A DNA stretch of 64,000 nt from Auanema rhodensis (lineage: Eukaryota > Animalia > Nematoda): contig OZ059898.1 of NCBI GenBank assembly GCA_964057225.1, positions 6,014,001-6,078,000 of the forward strand, given 5' to 3'. This document shows positions 53,321-64,000 of the stretch, piece after piece. The notes below the pieces were generated by a model. The model had not been told where the DNA came from, made no database searches, and saw nothing but the letters and a program-made list of their open reading frames with translations. Position 1 is the first letter of the stretch, and the number at the start of each line of letters is the position of its first letter. The translations under genes and the position numbers were made by a program.

Positions 53321-55495
53321 CTAATCGGTCATCCAGCCAACCATTCCTCGTTCCCTGTTTTTCAACTCGTTTTATCCGACATTGCACTTTTTTTTCCAAA
53401 TTATGTACCTGTGTTTGCCAATTGCTCTTGGTTTTCTTTCCTTTTCCCAACTAACAGTTTTTCAACAATAGACAGAACTATATGTGGCATCTTATCTCAT
53501 ATTCTCTATCAAAACTGCTGACCTCCGACTTCAACCAATTTTTCATCAATTCCTTCATTGCCAACTTTATTGTCAGTCCTCTTCATGAGATCGTCGATCC
53601 TCCAATTGTCTTTTATGTTTTTCTTAATCAAAAATTTCTTCTTGTACTCAGTGCATGTCACGTGTTTTGTTTGAAAACAGATTCATTTGCTGTTTTGCGA
53701 GATCACGCGGTTTGTTTTGCATAATCTTCATTGTTCAATGACACTTTTTTGGGATGATCAATTATTTTGCAGCAATTGACGGAACTTTTTGTTCTTAACT
53801 CGGTCATATGATCTATTGAACCTAATAAGTTCAAACAGCAATCTGATTAAGATGCTGCATCTCTCAGCTGTTGTTGCTCAGAGAAAGATCTCATTTCTTC
53901 ATATTATATATAAATTTAAGTGTGTCACTTTATCGGGCTTTTGTCATCTTCTGTCGTCTTTTATCATCTTTCTCAATTTTTATTATTTCTTTCTCTTCAT
54001 CTTTTAAGACTTCTATTAACTTCCTAATATTGCTACCGATATTGCTGTAGCTGCAGTTGCAGCAGCTACTGCTTTCTCTTCAGCAAGCCTTTTGTTTTAC
54101 ATCTTTAGTCTTTCACTTTCTAACTCTTTTAAATGATCATTCTGTCGTATTGTTATCACTTCTGTTTGTTTCATTTCATTTCCATAGGAGGCGTGTCTAC
54201 ATCTTCAACAGGTACCCTCTTTCTCTTCAGCCAGTTTTTAGTCTTGGATCTTCACACATCAAACTATCCAGCAGATTTTCATTCTCTTCGAACATCTTTT
54301 TCTTATTTTATTTCTATTGTCAATGTTATTAACGTACAATGTGTGTGTGTGTGTGTTTACATGGATGTAGTGTTAGTCGATAGCTAGACGAATGGGTAAC
54401 AACACGTTCGCCTGAACTTTGAATCTCATGACCACTGTTCTTTTTCATGTTGACATACTCTTTTCCTGAACAGCATGCATTTTGACCAAAATCATTTGAA
54501 GATAGAGAGAGAGAAAGCTTGTCCCTTTCTCCTTCTCTTAGATAGCCTTAATAAACAGTGTGTGTGAGTGCTGATAGCTTTGAAAGACGAGAACTAATTG
54601 TCTGTACTTTTCGAGTCGTTGTTGTGATGAACTTAAAATTTTATAACAAGCGAAGTGAGATGATTTTGAGAATTTCCATCATTTCCACATTTCCAGTGAG
54701 ATAAATCAGAGATGTCTCCTAAGAAGGATGTCATCAGCATTATTCAGCTTCTACTTACACAATATAAGAAGTTTTATGTTTTTTGTATTATCTTTAATGT
54801 TTTTGTATTGCATGTTCTTTTTCAATCTCTAAAGGGTCGAAATAAGTGCAAAGCTAAGAGATGCAGGCAATAAGTGAACGAATGGAAGAGTTTCCGTTGG
54901 AAGACGTGAGAAGCGAGAATGATTGAAAGAACAACGATGAAAGAGATAGAAATTATCTTGAGAGTCATGCAGAGAAAAAAAGATGGAGTAGAAATACTTA
55001 GTTATAGTTGAAAATAGTATATTGGTAGAGGTGTAGCTAGATAATAGAAGAACGACAAGCGTCAAAGAAGAACATGCAGTCTTCGCTCGGCTATTAGCTA
55101 TTCTCTCTTTTTCTCTGAATTTTTCCTCTTTCTCTGTCTCGTTTCATGTTTTTCCCTCTCATCCATTATGTTCTCTTATAACTGGTATCATCTCTACTCT
55201 CTTTATCTGCAAACGTTGAGGTATTGTGATTTCTCTTGAAACTTTAGTGCATCATACTTTCTTCGGTGACCTTTCTGCCGGCTCCTATTTATTCTCGATT
55301 TTTTAATCTTTTTTTCATTCTTTTCTATTTTGATAAAACTCCGCCTACCATCTTGTGACATAAGCTTGAGTCCTTTGCATCAATAGTTCCGTGTTTTCGT
55401 TTTATTTCTTACCTCTTGCATATTACTAAACTCTTGCTAGATTTTTAAATATTATTTCTTAATATACTATATTTCTCTAGCTTCCTATTATCACT

Positions 55496-55982
55496 ATGCC
55501 TGAATACGTGCAAATTGATCCTGAAGCAGCGTACGAAAATACTCCTCCTCCTTATATGGATCCAGGAAACAGTATTGCTAAGAAAAAGAGTATTGTAGCA
55601 GGTAATACTATATGAATTTATTTTATGAAAAGCATAACTAATGGCTCTGTCACCTGTATATTAATTTGTGTTTTCTTCAGCAAAGAAGAGTTTGGCTACT
55701 GCCCCTGGTCCTAAAAAATGTTCGCACTGTGGGTATCCTCCAAATTTCGGTGGCGAATCTCGTAAGTTAGCACGAAATTCTTTAGCTTCTGTCTTTATAT
55801 GAATGAAACTCTTATGAGAAATTTAATTATGAGGAAGATAAAAATCTTATTTTCCAGATATTTGGCCTGCTCCTCGCCCAATTGACCATATCCGACCGGA
55901 TCATAGGTCATTTATCGGATATGTTGTCATTATTGCTGTTGTGATTTTCCTTCTTTTTGCTGCTTGTAAATATCTTCCATGA
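55496..55982 (+). CDS. Small (103 aa) tail-anchored membrane protein with PPxY and CxxC motifs, 3 exons
   Basis: Exons 55496-55601, 55681-55761 and 55858-55982 splice in frame: MPEYVQIDPEAAYENTPPPYMDPG...KKCSHCGYPP...RSFIGYVVIIAVVIFLLFAACKYLP*; acceptor tttctctag lies 15 nt before the ATG. Confidence 0.8.
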
Positions 55983-56858
55983 ACAAAAGCTTATCTCTTA
56001 AGCTGGTAATGCATTTATGAAAATATCACTTTTCTCTTGTTTTCCTAAACTTTAAAATATTTTGATGATTCCACGATCACTTTCCAGTAGTTTACTTATA
56101 ATCTACATATTATATTGTTTCTAAAAAAAACAAAAATGTGTTATTCATATTATTGTTTAAAATACACATAGTTTGTACAATGTATCAGAACTATGAATAC
56201 TGAATATAATGATTTTTTTTATATATTGCCTATTAGTTTTTCCACAATTGGTAACAAAGCAACAACATTAATGAAATAGTTTATAAAATAATTTAAATTC
56301 TCTATTATGCAGATTGAGAGCTTGTGAGGGGAGGGGAATGGTAATACATACATATAGCAGGCAGCTTGGTTGATTTTTCATTCAAACACTTCTAACTATT
56401 AAAATGAAAAAGTGGTAAATGAAGAGATAAATTGAATTAAATGGAAAATATTGCTGAATTGTAAGCACTGTGGGTGACCGTATAGCTTTCACAGGGGAAA
56501 TATATAAAACAAAAATTATTCAAAATTCAGTAATAATTGCAAGATTGGCCAATTGATTCATGAGCAAGCAGTTACGTGGAAATGAGATTATTTCTTCAAA
56601 TTTGAGCACTTATGCATTTGGGTTGTAAGAGTACCGTAATGTTTGTAATAGCTGAGATAAACCACATAACAAGAATCGATGGAATAAAACAAAAAATGGA
56701 AAAAACATAAGAAAAACGGTTATCACTATGAGATGTAATACTGAATACTCATTCTATAAATGAAAGAAAGTTGCTCATGCAACACCTAATATACTTACAA
56801 CATATCATTCAGATAAAATAATGTTTTCCAAATTACATGATTTGTAAAAGCTTGTAAC

Positions 56859-59632
56859 TCACTCACGTGTCGCCCAACTTAAAGGTACCCACGATGGTCG
56901 GGTTTCAAAAGCTTGGATTAAACTTATCAGTTTACTGAGACTTTCCTCGAGATTACAATTTATCAGACGAGCATCAAAATAATGCCCGCATTGTTCCTCT
57001 AATTGATGACCTAAATTTGAATAAATCAGTCAACTAAACAAGATTAACAAAACCTGATTCGACAATTTGTTCAATTTCAGAATCGCTGAATCCTCTGGTG
57101 ATTGAACTAGTTGCTGCCGATGCCATGGATCCTGCCCGTGATGCACGTGCACGAAACGCTGATCGAGTCTCCTTGAAAGAAATTGTTAAGGTTAAAAGTC
57201 AATAATTTGTTTAATAAAAAAGGAACCGAAACCAATAAAGTATGATTGATGATCGAATAGAGATTGCATTTTCAACTGAATTTCTCACCTTCCATGTCGC
57301 ATATCAGCTTTGACATTGGTCAACTTTTGTTACGTTTAAAAACTTAAATGGTTACACTAACCTTGAATGTGGCAAGATCAGGAGGCTGGATGAAAATGAT
57401 AATTGGACGGAATTCGGGGGTTCGAAGTTGGCGAAGAGCCAACGGATGTGGAGTCAATAACGGTGTACCAGTTTCTCTAGCAGCTTCAACAGATGACAAA
57501 GCTGTTCCGTATAAATTACCTATATATTTAAAATTAATAATAGTATTTATAGATTTATTTTTTATTTCTTACCTCTGTACTCTCCAAACTCTAACATTTC
57601 ACCTCTAGATATCATTCCTTCCATTTGCTCACGAGACGCGAAATAATAGTCAACTCCATGTTTTTCACCAGAGCTGATAATTCAATTTGTTTTATAATAA
57701 CAGAGTCTAAAGCGAACCGTGGTGATCGACTGGTATGTGGTATTGTTGTTGAAAAACGTTCAGGGAACAGCATTAACAATCTTCTTTTTAATTCATTTCT
57801 AAGAATTCACATGCATAACTGCTTAAACTAACGGTATACCTTCCAACACCCGGGGGTCCTATCAGGATGATAGGACGTACCATACCAGGTCGAGATCGAA
57901 AACGACAAACAGATTCATAAACAAGATCTTCCTTAAATCATTAATTAAATGTAATGTGATTTAATCATTTAGAAATTACTTCACAACTGGTTCTAGACCT
58001 TTCAGTTGATTTACCACACCCGCCTTTACTATCACGCTCACGTTCAAGCATTCGTACCCGATGTTGTAAAAACTCGGACGGTATCAAGCCAACGCGTGAA
58101 TTTGCTTAAAAATATTCAAAATACAAAGAGTAAAGACCGAATAATTATAAAAATTGTCCTTTATATCAGTGAAGCTCAGATAACGTTTGTTTTGAGCTTA
58201 AACAATTATATGATTCACGATATTATACGTCCAAAAAAATTGAAAACAAACCTTTTGTTCCATCAGCACAGGTTGTCAGAGAACTATTTCCTAAGCATCT
58301 AGCCTGCAAATTAAAGTTTTTCGTCATGCTTAAATATGAAAATCTGACCTGCCACCAATGAGTATCTGTACAAACAAGGAGTTCCAATATATCACCTTTC
58401 TTAAAACTAAGCGAGGTTTCCGGACATGGCTGACGTGGATCATTCGAACCATCATAATCAAACTTAAATAAACTTTTCGTGTTTAATAAGTTTTATATGT
58501 ATATCTTTCTTTAATTAAGTTCAAACTTAACCCCCCCCCATTTTTGCAATGCTATAAATACACTTAACACTTAAATATATAACAAAAACGAATGCTATTT
58601 CAAAACGGATCTAATTACACTTTTAAATTTTTACACTTATACACTCAATTTAAGCTTCTCAAAGATATTTCAAAAGTTTGCAGCCAACTAGATTAAGTAT
58701 ATCAAATTTCTAGCTTAAGATAAAGCAACACTCATTTTTGAAGATATGATTATAAGACTTACTTGAGCTCGAATAAATAATTGTGTATGGTCTGGATCAG
58801 TAGGCGGTATTTCAGCAGGAATAAGTTTGAATGTTACACTGCCATTTTCTGATTTGTTTAGTAGACGAACAATATCATCAGCGGACATTTCGGGGGATAC
58901 AGGATAGCCATTAACTTCAAGCACGCGATCACCTTCCTGTATAAAAACAATTTAAATAATAAAATATTGAAGATGATACAACCTGTATACAAGCACTGCG
59001 ATCAGCAACACCACCAGCAATTATTCTAGCTATAATAACTTTTCCATTTTCACACCGAATCGTTGCTCCTAATGGTTCATCTTTACGAGTTATTCTGACC
59101 TGCAATAAAGGAATGCGGCGAAAGCAATAAACATGTTTTGTTACAATTTTCACAGCAATTCCTTCGTCTTCGTCCACTTCAAACGGAATAGCAGGTAACT
59201 GTGGCAAATACCTACAGGAAGATATATCCTCAGAGGCCATTAGCACGCCCTGTAAAGATTTTTACAAATAAAATAAAGCAAAAACGTACTCGAATATGAG
59301 GCCTCTTCAACAATGCAATTAACTGTTGAACTGCAGCACATTTTGCCCCTGATGATTCCCAATCTGCTATAAATCCATCACACCATGCTAATGTATCAGC
59401 CGCACTGAAGTTCTTCATACATTCAATTCAATCAGAAACTAATAACTCACGAAGGTTCAGGTACTAGTTCACCACTGGAAACCAATTCATGTAAATCTCT
59501 AACAGTTTTTAACCGTTCTTCGCTCAAACTGATTTTTTCACGAGAATCTTTCTTTTCGACAATACTTTCCAAAATACTCTCGAAGGCGTGAACAAAATCA
59601 TCCGCCGTTCGGATCGGCCTCGGGCTCATCAT
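56859..59632 (-). CDS. MAGUK p55 subfamily protein (L27-PDZ-SH3-GuK; MPP7/MPP3-like, nematode magu family)
   Basis: L27 (LIALLKRPHIR), PDZ (EPLGATIRCENGKVIIARIIAGGVADRS...GDRVLEVNG), SH3 (FDYDGSNDPRQPCPETSLSFKKGDILE...HWWQ), GuK (RPIILIGPPGVG...PHTSRSPR...DYYFASR...GNLYGT) and C-terminal WVPLSW. Confidence 0.92.
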
Positions 59633-60816
59633 CGCATGATACTAAATACTCAATATTTTAAAAATCTAGTCATTGGGTATAAGAATAACATCAGCAAATT
59701 AAATAAATATTTGTTAACGATTTAATTGAACGCGTTGTAAATTATCTGGTTACTGTAGGAGTATTTTGGTTCATTTGGAACAATAGCTCACGTACCGTAG
59801 GACGCTAATTTTAAATATATATGCTATTTATAATATAATATTTATAAATAAATAGATTAATATGGATATAAATTTAAAATATAATAAATTATTTCAAGTA
59901 ATTTTATGAATATAAAATTAAAAATTCAAGCCATTATATGTAAAAATCAGCTGTTATCGTTAAAAAATGTATTTTCAAAGAAAATGCGTGTTACATATTC
60001 ATGAGAAACCATGTAAATTATGAATATAATTAGAAGAATCTGTTTATAGGTTGAATATTATTTACTGCAATTTCCAAAACTATATAATAATTCTCATATA
60101 TGATACTTCACAAAACGTTACAAAATGATCTCATTCACCAAGTTAAAATTCATAAATTTATAAATATAATATTATATAAGTGATATATTATATTAAGCTT
60201 ATTATTAATCATCTACACATCATTTCACTAATAATTATACAAACTATAAAATATAGTTTAATTGTAAATATATATTATGTATAAATGAACGTGTGAACAA
60301 TATTTCCCTCATTCTATAATAATGAAAAATATAATGAAGACTTGTATGACATGAGGATAAAAAAGGTTAAAAGAGAAAACGATATTTATGGAGAAATAGA
60401 AAAGGATTCAATAAAATATTATGCTGAGCAAGAGAGATTTGATTTCAATAGAATCGTAGATAAAGATGTACCATATGGTCACGACAGATAAATCAATATG
60501 AACACATGTAAAAGATATGCTTCGAATATTGAATGCTTCATTTTTCACTTATACTATAAGCTTCACAATGTAACAGAGTTTTTTTTTTGTGTTGATGTGT
60601 TTGAACTATGGAATTGTATTGCAATAATATATCTTTATGAAATGAGAAATTTGAAATAGAAATGTTTATCTAGTTTTAACCATATAACGCACCCGTAATA
60701 AGAAAGATACAACTGGCAATATTTTGAAAATAATAATACAATTTTTAAAAAAATTAAGTTTTCTTTGGTAAAAACATGTTAAAACTGTTCAATATTGGGC
60801 AAGAAGCTTATATTGA

Positions 60817-63389
60817 TCAATAATCATGAAAGTTGAGTAGGCACATCCGTTTGATAATTCGCTTGAATGCTGTTCGGAAATCTTGTGAGAATACAGTGTA
60901 AATGACAGGATTGAGCGCAGAATTTAAATATCCTGAAAAGAAGTAAATGTATATTATATTTAAATATATTTTATATTAAGAATTGAACCTTTCAAGCCAA
61001 GAAAAAATGTTCAAAATAACGAATGAATAGAAGATTGTTCTTTTATTCTATTATATTCATAGAATTGTATATTTTATAAAGTTTTAGTTGTAGGGGATGT
61101 CTAGTTCAATATTAAGGAAATATATTTTTATACATAAATAAAGAGATTTATTTACCCAGCCATGCTGTAACCAATTCAACAGCTGGAGGAATTGCACATC
61201 CACAAATGGGACGATAGAGAGATACTAAGAAAAATGGAGTCCAACAAGCGACAAATGTACCTAAAAAATAATAAAAAAATTTCAACCAAAAAGAAAAGTT
61301 TATGAGAAATTAAAAGTTTAATTGATTTATTTCACACCTGTGATGATTGCTAACGTTCGCCATGCTTTTCTTTCTCGCTTTGTTTCTGCACTCTCTTTCG
61401 GTCTTCTCTTACGTTTAGGCATTAAACCCATAGTTTTCTGTTTAGTGAATTGTGTACTGCCAGCTAAATAAAATATAATTTAATATATTTATCATATTTA
61501 AGATTGTTTAACCTTGAGCTACATCCAATTTTGTTTCTAATGTTTGAACTGTCCTCTCTTCTTCAGATGTTGATGAAGATGATTCAGGACGATTAACCTG
61601 AAGCAGTAATATTCAATTTTTATAAAAATATCTGAAACATACCTTTACAGATCCATTTTTGCTATCAGAATTACTGTTTCTATCCAAATCTGATATAACA
61701 ACAGCTGGTGGTAAAGGAATCTAAAAAATAATAAAAAAATAAATAAATTCAATATACAAAAATATAAATTAAAATTTTTAATTAAAAGCTACCTTTTTAT
61801 TCTTTTTCATTATTAAGGGAGCTTTTTTCTCATCAATTACATCTGGTGGTGGCCGTATAACAGTTCTACGATCTCGTTCTCGTTTAAATCTTCAATTATA
61901 TTATAATTTTTGATTAATAATATATAAATTAATAAAATGAACTGTATGTATAAATGTGTATATTTACCTTTTTTTCGCAGCTCTCATAATTTTCCAATAA
62001 ACACATACTATGGCTATTAAGGGAATATAGAAAGCGGTAGCAGTTGAAAATACCTGTAAATAGCATTATATTATATAATTTCAATTATACTTTCATTTTA
62101 TTTTCTCTATTGTTTGTTAATAAACATTTTGTTTATGTTAGTTTGGGTACTGTAGCTTTACAATCGTGATAGTCTACAGTTATTTCTGTTAACTTCTGTA
62201 GGATATGCATGATTTTTATATTTTAATAGCATAGTTAACAAGCTTATGGCATGCGGCTTGTATTTTTTTCTTTGAAAAAGTTCTGAACAATTATTATTCA
62301 TTGCCTTAGGGAAAAATAAAATAAACTTCAGCATAGTTAAATGTCCAATGGTAAGAACTCAAGTGATTTACTATCTATAGAAGCATTTATCATTTTTTTG
62401 AAAAAAAAATATTTAAATACTTTTTCAGTAAGCATTTTGTGATAAACGATTACATTCAATTTCAAAAAAATAAAGAAAAACCAACATTTCAAAAGCATCA
62501 TGAATGGCTACTTAAACTGAAAAAATGTGTTCATATTTTCTTGCAAATGTGGTTCAAAAAATGTCTAGAACAACAATATTGAATAGGTTTCGAACTTCTG
62601 TTTTGAGTTTGAATTCATGTCACTGCTTCCATACTATTTCAGGAGTTTGCTTTGCCTTTTTTTTGAGAATCCGGAAATAATGTCTAGCGAATGTGGTGAA
62701 ATACAAATTTCCTTCCGGGAATTTTATCATGATTGAATTAACTGTGATGATGAAAGGAAAGAATACCACTTTTACTTGATAGATGTTAATGTAACTATGT
62801 TATAGTTAGCAATTATATACATATATGTATGTATATATATATATATATTGAATAGATGATTATGAGTTTTTAGATGAATTGAGACGAACCTGATAACTGA
62901 TTTGCTGGCTGATTAAACATTTATGTTCAATATTCACTCGATCATCAAAGCCATCGTCCTTAAATAAATCAATTAGAAAAGCATTTTTTCTTCTTCAAAG
63001 TTTAATATAATATTCAGTATTTATATTATTTTTTGAGCATTTCATACTTTCCATCCTGCAAATGGAGCTAAACTGATGAGTAATGATGTCATCCATATAC
63101 AAGCCAACATGAGCGTGACACGACGTGGAGTTCGATTTTGAACATATGAAATATCAGTGATAGACCAATATCTAAATAATTTATTATTATAATATTTTAT
63201 TTATTTTTACTAAAGATATATATAAAATCTATTTGCTAACCTATCAAGAGCAATGGCTACTAGATGAAGAATTGATGCTGTGCAAACGAGCACATCTACT
63301 GATATCCAGAAATCACAAAGTGCAACGCCCAATCGCCATGCTCCGGTAACAGTTGACCATGCTCCAAGCGGCGTTACGATAATTCCCAC
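60817..63389 (-). CDS. ser-4: Serotonin receptor, 5-HT1-like class A GPCR (5' exons lie beyond the window)
   Basis: [28 protein letters not shown] (TM3 Asp, DRY), [74 protein letters not shown]; matches remembered C. elegans SER-4. Confidence 0.93.
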
Positions 63390-64000
63390 CTATAATCGTT
63401 CAGTTTTTTTTTTCAACAAAATTATATTTAAGTGACTAATGATTATTGAGAGCCTAAGGCAATTTTCTTATTTCTATGTAAACATTAAAATTAGAGGATT
63501 GTTAGTGGACCAAAAGTTCGTGAGTTTTCTTCTTCTTGTTTAAATTAAGAAGTTCTTTCTGACTAACAGCTTAAAGCCGTTGGGTCCCGTTCAAATGCCC
63601 TCAGGGGGTTCAAGCAAATACCATAGAATGACTCAAAACGATCTCACGACTTGTCGTCTTTTTAAAGTCAAATAAAATAGAAAAAGTGGGAAATATTTAA
63701 AGTTTATAGATTAGTTTTATTTGATTTTCTAAAAAAAAAATTAAAAAAAAAACAGAAATTCATATGCTCATGTATCCACTGTGGGTATTGCTGATTTCTT
63801 TTTAAATTCTCAATTGCATTTGATGATCATTCTTTTATATAAATATAATATATTTATATTTAAGTTTTCATTTGAAAATATGGCAATTTTTGTTTAAAAC
63901 TAGCTACTTTTCTCCATTTAATCAAACGAGGTGGACATTTGGAAAGGAGTAAAGGGACAGGAGGCTAGTCACATGCTCAGCTTTCATTTGAGATCATAGG

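Noticed and set aside
52415-55065. Overlapping short ORFs upstream of the PPxY gene
   Set aside because: Low-complexity pyrimidine-rich sequence with several overlapping frames and no recognisable domain; more likely regulatory or UTR.
62480-63680. Possible mariner remnants in ser-4 introns
   Set aside because: Only faint resemblance; no paired TIRs, TSD or catalytic motif.
63978-64000. TGAGATCA bantam/miR-58-family seed near AGCTTTCA
   Set aside because: No complementary arm or loop long enough for a pre-miRNA hairpin within the window.

Overview
Eukaryotic, very AT-rich genomic DNA from a nematode, most likely rhabditid/clade V-like judging by close protein similarity to C. elegans. Genes have many tiny (~40-60 nt) GT-AG introns, so the ORF track shows only fragments; the gene models below were spliced by hand. 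Layout: (1) 1-16.7 kb is almost gene-free, with a probable minus-strand exon at the left edge and GA/TA microsatellites. (2) Fatty-acid elongase elo-4 (+). (3) A ~12 kb degenerate axonemal-type dynein heavy chain (-) with eroded Walker motifs, a retained microtubule-binding domain and no AAA6. (4) A tightly packed minus-strand, operon-like run ubc-20 > cox-17 > sec-20 > gankyrin, directly upstream of the dynein and divergent from mxl-2 (+). (5) An intact ~300-aa heme-less CYP20-like P450 remnant (-). (6) A 101-aa unknown gene whose first intron holds a Merlin-type MITE with an 8-bp TSD. (7) A large secreted EB/Kunitz/Lustrin-cys protein (+). (8) A 103-aa PPxY/CxxC tail-anchored protein (+). 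(9) An MPP/p55 MAGUK (-). (10) The 3' part of serotonin receptor ser-4 (-). No rRNA, tRNA or CRISPR array was recognised. Homology calls come from remembered sequences, not from database searches.
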